In this document: positions 12,422 through 23,755 of the stretch, one piece after another
Numbering within the stretch: the stretch's first letter is position 1
Layout: every line of letters starts with the position of its first letter
Source of the DNA: Parasitella parasitica NRRL 2501
Taxonomy: Eukaryota; Fungi; Mucoromycota
Length of the DNA stretch: 64,000 bases
Direction of reading: 5' to 3'
NCBI GenBank assembly: GCA_025201805.1
Contig: MU619282.1
Coordinates: 154,540 to 218,539 of the forward strand
Made by a program: the position numbers and the translations under genes
Notes under the pieces: generated by a model
The model's input: the letters and a program-made list of their open reading frames with translations, nothing else
Databases searched by the model: none
Told to the model about the DNA's origin: nothing

Positions 12422-13729
12422 ATGGAGGATGTTCTTACACAAATTGATGATCCGAATGTAATTCTTGAAACAATTACTAGCCAGAAAACCTATTTAAGTG
12501 TTAAACGCCTGGAGAAAACTGTTGAAGAGTCTCCTTCTAAAAAGCAACTGAAGACTAAAGTACCAGATTTGGATAGACCATACAAAAACTATAGCGACTT
12601 TACCAGAGAGACGTTTATAGATCGTATGATTGAAAAGCCTGAAGAACGTGGGTTGGTGACTAAGGTTGCAAATGACCTAAATATCAATTATCGCACTGCG
12701 TTAAGATGGTGGAATAGCTATAAAGAAACAGAGGAGATTCCATATAAGAAATCCGAAGAAAACAGTGGCCCTAAAAGCTCGTTCACTGCTAAACATAACG
12801 AGTATCTACAGGGTCTATTGGATAATGATCCTCAACTATTTTCGGATGATATTATGAAAAGCTTGACTGAACAATTTGAAGGCTTCACCATCTCAAAGTC
12901 GCAACTAAATAATCATTTACGTAATACAATGCTTATCACTATCAAGAAACCATTGTTTGAGCCTGAAATAAGAAATTCACCAGAAAACATGGAGACAAGA
13001 TTTGAGTGGTTTATGAAATGGAAGGACTCTAATCTTGATTTTACAAAGAATTGTGTTTTCATTGATGAAGCCGGATTTCACATTAACATGAGAAATAATT
13101 GGGCAAGATCAAAAAAGGGTAGCCCTGCTATAGTAAAACGACCAAAAACTAGAGCGATAACACATACTATTATTGGTGCTATCCATTCATCTAGTGTTGT
13201 TCATGTTGTGATGAAAAAACCTCCACCAAGAAAAGAAAAGCAATCTATTAGTAAAAAGAGAAAAGCTAATAGTGGAACAAAAAGAATTGTAGCTGAAGTT
13301 GATTTAGAGGATCCAGAGTTTGAAGATCCTACTGATAATAAACCAGTAGCAAAAGGCACGACTACTGCGCATTTCGTTAAATTCATGAATGCGCTTCTTG
13401 ATATAATGGACCTTGATGAAAATTTGAAGGGAAATTATATTGTAATGGATAACGCCTCATTTCATAAATCCAAGCCAATGATACGAAAAATCGAACGTAG
13501 AGGTTATAAAGTGATGTACTTACCTCCGTACTCACCTGAATTGAATCCTATTGAACAGTTCTGGGGAGTAGTCAAAGGCAAAATGAAGCGTGATCGATTA
13601 TTGGCTGAAGAAAATTTATCTGATCGAATTGCTGATGCCTGCAATGATGTCCTTATCAGCGACCTCTATGGTTTCTGTAATCACTCAAAACGTCAGATTA
13701 TTAAATGTTATAAAAAAACACCATTCTAA
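12422..13729 (+). CDS. Tc1/IS630-family DD34E transposase (left arm of element A)
   Basis: HTH region, FIDEAGF, MDNASFH-34aa-PIEQFW. Confidence 0.95.
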   Translation: MEDVLTQIDDPNVILETITSQKTYLSVKRLEKTVEESPSKKQLKTKVPDLDRPYKNYSDFTRETFIDRMIEKPEERGLVTKVANDLNINYRTALRWWNSYKETEEIPYKKSEENSGPKSSFTAKHNEYLQGLLDNDPQLFSDDIMKSLTEQFEGFTISKSQLNNHLRNTMLITIKKPLFEPEIRNSPENMETRFEWFMKWKDSNLDFTKNCVFIDEAGFHINMRNNWARSKKGSPAIVKRPKTRAITHTIIGAIHSSSVVHVVMKKPPPRKEKQSISKKRKANSGTKRIVAEVDLEDPEFEDPTDNKPVAKGTTTAHFVKFMNALLDIMDLDENLKGNYIVMDNASFHKSKPMIRKIERRGYKVMYLPPYSPELNPIEQFWGVVKGKMKRDRLLAEENLSDRIADACNDVLISDLYGFCNHSKRQIIKCYKKTPF

Positions 13730-14870
13730 TATATACATATACATTAAATAAACAATTATTTTTAAAACGGCAAACATATATGATTAACTCTAGCCCCAAA
13801 TTTAACTACTTGATATGGACACTTTTTAGAGATTCATTTGGTCTACAGTATTTTGTGTTTAAAAAATATAATGCTTGGTGGAACTAAATCTGTTTCGTAG
13901 ATCACTCCAATACAAACGTTTCAGAAGAGAGTATAATTGTTAGGCCATTAGTGAATGGGAACCTAACCCAAAGATAACAAGTCATCATTGCACTGTGGGG
14001 ACGGCAGTTTTTTTTTTTGGCGAGATGATCTTTGAATTAAACTGGGGCGAAATAGAGAATTAGGCTGGTATAACGTGTCCTTGGGGATAGAAAGAAGTGT
14101 TGCCTTTTAAGTAATTTTGAATAAAGCTTCCAAAGTAGAGGTATTTTAAATTTAATAAAAATTAAGTTTCTTAAAACAGCCCCAATGGAGTTGCTGTGTG
14201 GTTTCCTATTTCCAAATGAAAGAAGGGTTTTAATACTTCCTGCTTATTAAAAGTAATAGTAAAGGATTACTAGAATACTCAAAGCAACGTAAATGTGTTT
14301 TAGAATTCCTAATAGCGGTGCTTTCTTGTGCTAGCCATTTCTTTAAAGCAACTTAATAGCAATGGAAAATATAAAGAAAGGAGATAACGTATTATTTTAC
14401 TTTTTATACAAAAAAAAGAAATATTATCTGTTTTGATTGATCGTGGCCGCAAAAAAAATTAAGGTAATAGAATGCTGGAAGTATCAGCCGAAATACCATT
14501 CGTTAGTGAAGATTACCCAGAATGTGGCGCCAGTTTCAGATTTTCATTTAATAATGCCATAGCGAAGATCATGTTCGTCATAAAAGATTAATCACAATAG
14601 TCAGCTTGAAGTGTAACAAATGTAATAATGCCCTTAAAAATCATACTTTTTTTGCTAGAAAAGGACTTGACCTTGGCCTCAAAAGAAAGGAGGTTTGCAA
14701 AAAGCACAATAATAGATAAAACAGCCAAAGCGAGATATTGTGATTAGTAATTATGTAAACTGCCTTTCTCATATTTTTATGCTTACCAAACGTATGATCT
14801 AAAAAAGCCTAAAGGCAATGATCAATACCGTGATGAATACAAGGAGATAAAAAACCACCAGGTTTTACTG

Positions 14871-15102
14871 AGGGCCTAGGGTATTACACGCACCTAGTAT
14901 CAGACATAACGGGTCCAGCCTAACGGCCTTCAAGCCTCACGCAATGCTGAATTCCAAAGTCATCGCTAATTGGAGCCAAAGCCTTCAACTCAAATAGCCT
15001 CCAGTCACATTAAATAAAGGGCCAAGGGTATTACGCGCACCTTGTACCAAACATAACGGGTCCAGCATCACAGCCTTCGAGCCTCACGCTATGCTGGATT
15101 CC
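14871..15102. repeat. Two diverged 85-bp direct repeats (14871-14955, 15018-15102)
   Basis: agggcc.agggtattac.cgcacct...acataacgggtccagc...gcctcacgc.atgctg.attcc occurs twice. Confidence 0.85.
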
Positions 15103-15332
15103 TCTATTTGAACTAACTGCTATGTGAATTGTCAGAGAAAAAAGAAAAAAGTTTTAGTGGTTTAAACGGGGGTATACTCACAATTTTTTTCGCATTCTTT
15201 TATCATTCGTCATCATTAAAGATTTTTGAATACCGCTTAGAAGTCTGACGTCATAATTTTTGACATAATTCTATTTTTCTCAAAGAAAAAAAAAACCTTT
15301 CATCACACATTTTTAAGTGAAAAAAAGCCTAC

Positions 15333-18300
15333 ATGTCTGATCTATCAAATGGTAATCTCTTATATTAAAATGATAGAAATCGTAAAAAACAGTCCTCAGC
15401 GCTTAAAATTGAATCGTAAAAAACAGTCCTCAGCGCTTAAAAATGAATCGTAAAAAACAGTCTCCAGCGCTTAAAGTTGAATCGTAAAAAACAGTCATAT
15501 TTTTTCATTCAATGCCATCTTTCATGCACCAAGTGTTACAGTTAAAAGATGGCCATACTGCTCACTCAAGATTTGGAATTTTTCTTAACTGCAATGATTC
15601 ATCTGTGTGTTCTTTGAGACCAAGATCTCTTGGAACAAGCCTTATTTATCTAGGATGAAGCATCGATGAACAGCCGTGATGTTCTCGAAACAGTAGACAG
15701 GACATTTAAAGATGTCATGAAGCAATATTTAAATAGACGAAAGACAGGCTGATTTTCCCTTTGGAGGAAAATTTATTGTATTTGTTGGCAATTTTGGTCA
15801 AATTTTACCTATGGTTCCTCATGGCAGTAAAGAAGAAATCATTCAAGCATGCATTCTGACCTCAAATCTTTGGCTGCATGTACAAGTACTCAGCTTAACA
15901 ACAAGCATGAGAGATTAGCAAGCCATGTCATTACATAACGCTGCATTGGCCACCTCATTACAAAATTTTTGCTGATTTCTTGCTTGCTATTGGCAATGGC
16001 TCCTTCCCTATTCAGCCCAACACAGCTGACTTGATTCGTATTCCGTAATAAAATATGCTTCTGCCTGGCAATGTTATTTCTGTCCTTTGCCAACATGTAT
16101 GTGTCTACAACAACTTTGCGCTCACTGCTGATACCACCCGCGACAACTTAATGTCGAAGGCTATCCTGACACCGACCAATGCTTTTGTTTCTAAATTAAA
16201 TGACTTCATGCTTGAGAAGTTTCCCGGTGAATTCACTGAATTCCTGAGTACTGACACGGCGTTGAGTGAAGACGATGCTTTAGAGCAGCCATCAAAATTC
16301 ATGAATTTTCTCAACTGTGGTAGTCTTCCACCTCACCAGCTCAAGTTGAAAATTGGCTCGCCAATCATGATGCTCAGAAACATCGATCCTGCTCATGGTG
16401 TTTATAATGGTACAAGGCTTATTTGTCGAGCATCCACAAGGAACACTATCCAGGCTGAAGTTGCAACTGGAACTTATCAACGCAATGTTGTGCTCATACC
16501 CAGAGTTACCTTTAAACTCGATAGTTGAGCAAGTCGTCGTAGAATTCAAGCGTTGTCAGTTCCCTGTCAGACCAGCTTTTGCCATGACGATAAATAAATC
16601 GCAAGGTCAAACTCTGGACTTTGTAGGGCTGTATCTTCCTGTCTCAATTTTCTCGCATGGCCAATTATATGTCGCTCTATCTCGAGTTAAAAGGCCAGAT
16701 GACATCTCAATTATCATCAACCCCAAGCCAAGAAGGAGTATATGTACATCAAACGTTGTCTATACTGAGATTTTTCAAAATTAACCAACTTCGAGGATTT
16801 AAACAAAAAATACCAAATAATCATAATATATCGTATCTTTATACAATACGTAAATGTTATTTCCACTCATTGTTTCTTATTTCGTTTGATTTAGCACTGT
16901 GTTAAGTGGGACAGCCCGCTGCAGGCGCGAGCTGTGTACCCCCCAATAAGAACGAAGGTCGAAAAATATCACCGAAGCGAAGCGAAGGTCGATTTTTTTC
17001 ACCATAGTTCGGGGGGTGTTAAAAAGCTCGTAATATATTTAAAATAATAGAAATCATAAAAAACAGTCAAAATCGTTGCTAATTTTCAGTCACTTATACC
17101 CCAACTAATTTAAGAAATTGTGTGTGTGTCCCGAGATATTACAAGCACTTCGTGTAATAAAACAGAAGTGGTTCCAAAGCAATCTGTGTTTGCATCAGTC
17201 CAAAATGTACAAGAAGTTTACTTGGTAAGCCTTTGAAGTAAAACCAACTACGGATTACTTTGAGTACATTCTAAGAAGTCCCGATTATTATCAACATTAG
17301 AAAGTAGCATGTTGTAGCAAACGATTAGAATTAGTATAAATACGATAGAATTATTCATTCAATAAAAAATTACTTTTCATGATATACATAAATCATCCGA
17401 ACCCACACTAAGAATATCACATAAACGGGTCATAGTCGTAGATCTCATAGGAATTGTCCACTCAATCCTGTCAACCTTGCTAATGCTGAAAATATTGCTG
17501 CCTCCACCAATGTTAACGACAATGTAGATTTACTTGCTCTCTTTTTCTTCAAAGTGCATTAATTTTAGTTTCTCTGTTAATAGGTCGATGCCATGGATGT
17601 CGACATGGAACCCGAATTGCCAAATGTTGAGGATTGTCAAAATACCCAGGTTCGATACGCAGCATGTGGCAACAGCTTGGACATTCACGCAGGACAAACC
17701 GCCTTTGTCCATTGAATGCCACCAGACAAACGGAGCGTAGCTTTTTCAAACTTGCCATGCAGACTGCTCATCTTCCTGAGCGACATGACTTAGTTCGAAT
17801 GTCTGTTAGATACTTTTCTTGCAATGCATGAGAGAGGAGTTTCGACCGCCAAATTCCAATTATGCTGTGGTTCAGGCCGATATGTTCTTCCACCTTTATA
17901 AGCTTCTATACCACGAGTCATTGCTGATTTGGTCCAAAACAACAATCGTAGAAGCGTAGAGCTCAAGAAAAATGTGCGCTCTTATAACAACGCACTTTGT
18001 TTCACCTCAAAGGGGAATAACTTGGATAGCAGTGTTCCAAATTCACGAAGTGGTGCTTGCGCATTCAGAATCCATGGAAGCATTTACCATAAAATTGGGT
18101 CCTTACTTCCAACGGAAAATAGTTCGCCTGCATTTGCTCAGATCTATGTTTATGATGCCAGCAATGATACTAGCAATGATACCAGCAACAGACATTTAGT
18201 AGCCAGTCATGTAGATGCTCAGACTTTGGAGGAGCTACAACGCTTAATGTATCGAATCAATACAATCGCGCCAGAGACTAAAACTCAAAGAATTATATAT

Positions 18301-20469
18301 GTCATATCTTTATACAATACATAAATGTTATTTCCACTCAATATGTTTTATTTCGTTTGATTTAGCATTGCATTATGTGGGACAGCCCGCTGCAGGCGCG
18401 AGCTGTGCACCCCCCAATTAGAACGAAGGTCGAAAAATATCACCGTAGCGAAGCGAAGGTTGATTTTTTTCACCGTAGTTCGGGGGGGGGGGTGTAAAAT
18501 AGCTCGTTTTTTTTAAAAAAACTTAATCTTACTGCTATGATAATTAAAAAATACCCAACTCGTAGCAATAGACACTTATATATCTGATCATAAGACTCCT
18601 TCTCTGGCAGCCTTTGTCTTGGACCACCAAAGTCTTGTTTCCACATATATTGGACAATTTGACAAAATTACAGACGCCAAGGCTAATCTTGAGAGAAAAA
18701 TGAGGACTGCATACTTTGCCAAGAATCCCAAGAGAAAACGAGGTCCAGGCTTAAAGGTGAATCTTGAAAAACTGTGGTCATCTTCTAAGCTAGATGATTC
18801 AGTCGAAATCGAAGGAAATAAAACTTTAGAGGCATCTATTAAGGCTAGTGGACGAAAGGCTAGAAAGCGACTAGAGGTATTTATTGAATAAGGCTCACTT
18901 ACATCCGGTTTATGTTAATTTTTTCTTCTAATAGAATAAAAATGCGACAAAAGAGAAAGAGACAAAAGAGAATGAAAGTGAACAATCCAGTGAAGTAGAA
19001 AGCTCTTGTATGAGTGATGAAGAAGAGGAAACAGTGGATGAAATTGCATATAAACTTAATAATGAAGATGCCACTGAATTCGAGCAAGCCTTACTTTCTA
19101 ATACTGACTCACCACATATACTGAAGAATGGTCACGACTTTAGCAATAGCTTCAAGAGATTTCAATTAAAATCATATCAGGAAGCAAGGTCTTCTGGTTT
19201 ATTTATTAACGCCAATGTTCATGAAATATTGTAAGTAGGCTTTATATGCATCATTCATTAGTACAGATTCTGAATGGCACCAATTTAGATCTTTATATCA
19301 CACAGTATTGTTGCGAAAAGACCAGCATGACCAAGCAATGTCAAATGTAATTGGACTCGACAATATTCAAGAATTTCACACGGAACTCTTAAATAAATAT
19401 GTTAACCAAGATATAAAGATGGAAAAGAATCTATTCAATGAACTAACCGACATCTTCAGAGTGAGTATCTAATAACGACATCTGACTTACTTTGACAGCT
19501 TACATCCTTTTTTTTTAGAGCGTAAATGAAAAATCTGATCGTAAAGCACTTAAAGTAAAATTACATAATTTATACGAAGCTGCCGACCCATTGGATTCCA
19601 AGATAATTGATATATTGATTAACCTGTAAGTACAACATACATGACCCAATAAAATATTTCTGTTTGGAGGTCTAACATGTAATACATAGTATAAACAAGT
19701 TACCTGGCAATATTCTCATAAATGAAGTGGTTAAAGAATTCGAATTAATAACTAATTATCTTGATACGGTCCTCAGTCCTATATTTCATGATCCCCAAAA
19801 GAAACTGATGTACAGATGGTAGGTGCAAACGCAAAGATCGTGTGATCATCATGCCAAAAAATATATACGCTAACAGCTTTTCTGTAACTAGGCTAAATAA
19901 AGCAACGGAGTCTTCGGGCGATAGATATCCTGATGGTGGCAGTTGCATTGTCAGTCAAAGACAAATTTCTTGTTCTACTGGCTTCTGTGAAGTGAAAGCA
20001 GATTATATGAAAAACAATACTGTTGGTACACATCTAGATTTACTCAGATTATGCATATTCGGCAAGGATACTATTGACAATGAAGATGTGGAGAATGTTG
20101 TCTTATTGCAAGCAGTTGGTAAATTTAGTATTTGTTACTTGCTATTGCAAAATATATTTACATATAGATTTTCATGATATAGGACACCGTGTGATTGTAT
20201 ATCTGTACCAACAACATGATGGTGGTTTTTATTCTGCCTTTGAAGTTGATAGTATTGAAGTTCCCAAATCGATCCTTGAGTTACCTGGTTTCATAATGAA
20301 ATTGGATGATATTAAACGCTTGATCAACCTCTATGAGCTCTTCTGTGCTACGAAGAAGGACAGGTCAAATTTTTTCAAGCGCAAAATACCCTCACCAAAC
20401 ATTTATGAAATGAACACAATCATCAATACCCGCAAACCTAAGAAGGTAAAGACTTCTCTTGAATTTTAA
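15333..20469 (+). CDS. Cargo gene of element A: ~515-aa PD-(D/E)xK nuclease-fold-like protein, 8 exons, Helitrons in intron 1
   Basis: Exons 15333-15351, 18566-18876, 18935-19230, 19289-19460, 19519-19625, 19690-19818, 19892-20118, 20183-20469 splice in frame (1548 nt, all GT-AG); motifs EFELITNYLD..L, RYPDG, GFCEVK, DLLRL..FGK. Confidence 0.78.
15356..17030 (+). mobile_element. Non-autonomous Helitron unit 1 (PIF1 helicase C-terminal remnant)
   Basis: A|TC 5' start, 34-bp subterminal tandem repeats, LPPHQLKLKIGSPIMMLRN, NGTRL, FAMTINKSQGQT, HGQLYVALSRV; GC-rich 3' end finishing CTCG. Confidence 0.88.
15378..15496. repeat. ~3.5 copies of a 34-bp tandem repeat in the Helitron 5' region
   Basis: aatcgtaaaaaacagtcctcagcgcttaaaa(t/a)tg repeated. 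Confidence 0.9.
17031..18506 (+). mobile_element. Non-autonomous Helitron unit 2 (Rep N-terminal remnant), head-to-tail with unit 1
   Basis: 5' end resembles unit 1 (tatat.taaaat.atagaaatc.taaaaaacagtc); GHSRRTNRLCPLN, SYNNALCFTS, FRIHGSIYHKIGSLLP, FAQIYVYD; ~210-bp 3' end nearly identical to unit 1, ending CTCG|T. Confidence 0.85.
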
Positions 20470-21234
20470 TTACCCTTCTTCTTTCTTCCATCACTTTTTA
20501 CCCTATGTACACAAACACATACGTTTGTACAAGCAGCCAGAATATTATGTACTCCTTAAAAAACGCTTCTTTTTTTTTGCAAATTTAATTTGTAAAATAA
20601 AAAAGTTTACCGTATCACCAATGTTTTTGTTGACTGTCAGCGATCTTTTTCTATTCTATTTATGCCCTATTGAGTTTTGACACTTAAAAATTGTGGTCTG
20701 ATCGGTGTGGGATAAATGAAATTGTCTAATAAAGTTAAAATTAAGTAAAGAAAAAAAAGTCGTCTTAGCCCATATATCTCAATGACTTTATCTCAATGAC
20801 TTTGAAATAGTCTCACGTTAGTTCAATCTCGTCTTAGTGTTGCATTAGTTTTTCTCAACCCTTCTGGGGAAACGTATGACAATTTTTTAAATTGTCTTTG
20901 TAAATTCTCTATTTCGCCCCAGTTTAATTCAAAGATCATCTCGCCAAAAAAAAAAACTGCCGTCCCCACAGTGCAATGATGACTTGTTATCTTTGGGTTA
21001 GGTTCCCATTCACTAATGGCCTAACAATTATACTCTCTTCTGAAACGTTTGTATTGGAGTGATCTACGAAACAGATTTAGTTCCACCAAGCATTATATTT
21101 TTTAAACACAAAATACTGTAGACCAAATGAATCTCTAAAAAGTGTCCATATCAAGTAGTTAAATTTGGGGCTAGAGTTAATCATATATGTTTGCCGTTTT
21201 AAAAATAATTGTTTATTTAATGTATATGTATATA

Positions 21235-22542
21235 TTAGAATGGTGTTTTTTTATAACATTTAATAATCTGACGTTTTGAGTGATTACAGAAACCATAGAG
21301 GTCGCTGATAAGGACATCATTGCAGGCATCAGCAATTCGATCAGATAAATTTTCTTCAGCCAATAATCGATCACGCTTCATTTTGCCTTTGACTACTCCC
21401 CAGAACTGTTCAATAGGATTCAATTCAGGTGAGTACGGAGGTAAGTACATCACTTTATAACCTCTACGTTCGATTTTTCGTATCATTGGCTTGGATTTAT
21501 GAAATGAGGCGTTATCCATTACAATATAATTTCCCTTCAAATTTTCATCAAGGTCCATTATATCAAGAAGCGCATTCATGAATTTAACGAAATGCGCAGT
21601 AGTCGTGCCTTTTGCTACTGGTTTATTATCAGTAGGATCTTCAAACTCTGGATCCTCTAAATCAACTTCAGCTACAATTCTTTTTGTTCCACTATTAGCT
21701 TTTCTCTTTTTACTAATAGATTGCTTTTCTTTTCTTGGTGGAGGTTTTTTCATCACAACATGAACAACACTAGATGAATGGATAGCACCAATAATAGTAT
21801 GTGTTATCGCTCTAGTTTTTGGTCGTTTTACTATAGCAGGGCTACCCTTTTTTGATCTTGCCCAATTATTTCTCATGTTAATGTGAAATCCGGCTTCATC
21901 AATGAAAACACAATTCTTTGTAAAATCAAGATTAGAGTCCTTCCATTTCATAAACCACTCAAATCTTGTCTCCATGTTTTCTGGTGAATTTCTTATTTCA
22001 GGCTCAAACAATGGTTTCTTGATAGTGATAAGCATTGTATTACGTAAATGATTATTTAGTTGCGACTTTGAGATGGTGAAGCCTTCAAATTGTTCAGTCA
22101 AGCTTTTCATAATATCATCCGAAAATAGTTGAGGATCATTATCCAATAGACCCTGTAGATACTCGTTATGTTTAGCAGTGAACGAGCTTTTAGGGCCACT
22201 GTTTTCTTCGGATTTCTTATATGGAATCTCCTCTGTTTCTTTATAGCTATTCCACCATCTTAACGCAGTGCGATAATTGATATTTAGGTCATTTGCAACC
22301 TTAGTCACCAACCCACGTTCTTCAGGCTTTTCAATCATACGATCTATAAACGTCTCTCTGGTAAAGTCGCTATAGTTTTTGTATGGTCTATCCAAATCTG
22401 GTACTTTAGTCTTCAGTTGCTTTTTAGAAGGAGACTCTTCAACAGTTTTCTCCAGGCGTTTAACACTTAAATAGGTTTTCTGGCTAGTAATTGTTTCAAG
22501 AATTACATTCGGATCATCAATTTGTGTAAGAACATCCTCCAT
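21235..22542 (-). CDS. Tc1/IS630-family DD34E transposase (right arm of element A)
   Basis: Protein identical to 12422-13729. Confidence 0.95.
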   Translation of the reverse strand: MEDVLTQIDDPNVILETITSQKTYLSVKRLEKTVEESPSKKQLKTKVPDLDRPYKNYSDFTRETFIDRMIEKPEERGLVTKVANDLNINYRTALRWWNSYKETEEIPYKKSEENSGPKSSFTAKHNEYLQGLLDNDPQLFSDDIMKSLTEQFEGFTISKSQLNNHLRNTMLITIKKPLFEPEIRNSPENMETRFEWFMKWKDSNLDFTKNCVFIDEAGFHINMRNNWARSKKGSPAIVKRPKTRAITHTIIGAIHSSSVVHVVMKKPPPRKEKQSISKKRKANSGTKRIVAEVDLEDPEFEDPTDNKPVAKGTTTAHFVKFMNALLDIMDLDENLKGNYIVMDNASFHKSKPMIRKIERRGYKVMYLPPYSPELNPIEQFWGVVKGKMKRDRLLAEENLSDRIADACNDVLISDLYGFCNHSKRQIIKCYKKTPF

Positions 22543-22866
22543 CGGATCGTAACGATTTCTCCTTGCTCATTATAAATGTTGTCTTGTCCATCTTCATAAA
22601 AAAATGTGCTCATTGTTAGAAAATGTTTTTAGTAGAAAAAAAAATAACAAAATTCAGTAACGAAGAAAAGGGACAATATTGTAACTTAACCGCCTAATTT
22701 AATTACTTGGCATGGACAAATATTCTTGGCCAAAATTACAAAAAGAATTGAGCATGTGACATTTATTTTTCAATTTCCGCCAATTATTTTTGCCTTTCGG
22801 TTAATCATTTTTATGAAAGTGACAATTATTTTTGTGAAAACGCCAATTTCCATAGGTTTGACTGTA

Positions 22867-23755
22867 CCTGGCAATAAAAAGAGAAAGGTTTGTTTAGTTT
22901 ATAACTTTGACCTATCCTAACTATTAAATATCATTACATGTTATTTTAAAGATCTCAAATATCAACCAGGATGGATGTTGGACGATTAATAGCGATGAAG
23001 AATTCTGGGATAGCTGGAGAGAATATCTTGAAGGTTGTGATTGCCACGAGTTTTGGTAAGCCTATAGAACATTGGAGGATAAGCCTTATCCATAATTCAT
23101 TTGTTTTCTAATTTAGCCTGGAGAAAGATCACGTAATTGAATGTGGTTACACCATCAAGTGCAAGCCAAGCTATGACCAAGACCTTTATCACCAACTTGG
23201 TGATTATACAACACAATTAGTAAAGTCACCATTCATGACTCATAGCAGCTACCCCTCTCAAGTAATCAAAGCTTTCATGAGGTAGATATTAGGCGTCAAC
23301 TATTTCTATTCCCATTCTAAAGCTATTTTTATCAAGGGAAAGGAAAGAGCCATTTTAAAAGCTTTATCGTGTGATGCACATTGGGAGTTGATTGAGGGAT
23401 CTAATCCAACTGCAAAATATGCTTATGACTATTTTCAGTTTATGTAATTATTGAATCTATTTTGATAAGATGAAATATTGTGCATTTTTTCTATAGGTAT
23501 ACGTATCAAATCAGTAACAATTCCCGTAATCGAGTTTTGCCCTGGTGAATTATTACTGGCTTCGGCAGATGAAGATTACAAAGCTGATGGCCTTATAAAG
23601 TTCGATGGCATGGAGATGTGTCTTTTAGAGACATCAGGAAAGTATGACCTCGTTGACTCGCCGAGGTTTGGTTTCGACAACATTAAAGGTTCGTTTGGTT
23701 GTCTTATGTTTCTACGTAATTTGTTGAAGATTTGGTATTTCGCCAAATTAAGTAC
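22867..23755 (+). pseudogene. Spliced PD-(D/E)xK-like gene remnant, interrupted by element A and truncated by a Helitron
   Basis: Exons reading FWDSWREYL..CHEF / LEKDHVIECG and DYKADGLIKFDGMEMCLLETSG..FGFDNIKGSFG. Confidence 0.6.

Larger units (their letters stand above)
12100..22864. mobile_element. Composite Tc1 element A: 1962-bp inverted arms (12100-14061 / 20903-22864), 6.8-kb spacer, TA flanks
   Basis: TA|cagtcaaacctatgg... and ...ccataggtttgactg|TA; arms are reverse complements; identical 435-aa transposases. Confidence 0.9.

Noticed and set aside
14595-14620. Short inverted similarity (agtcagcttgaa..gtaac) to 12045-12065
   Set aside because: Too short to interpret
15378-15496. CRISPR-like array
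   Set aside because: Repeats are contiguous with no unique spacers; eukaryotic context; part of a Helitron end
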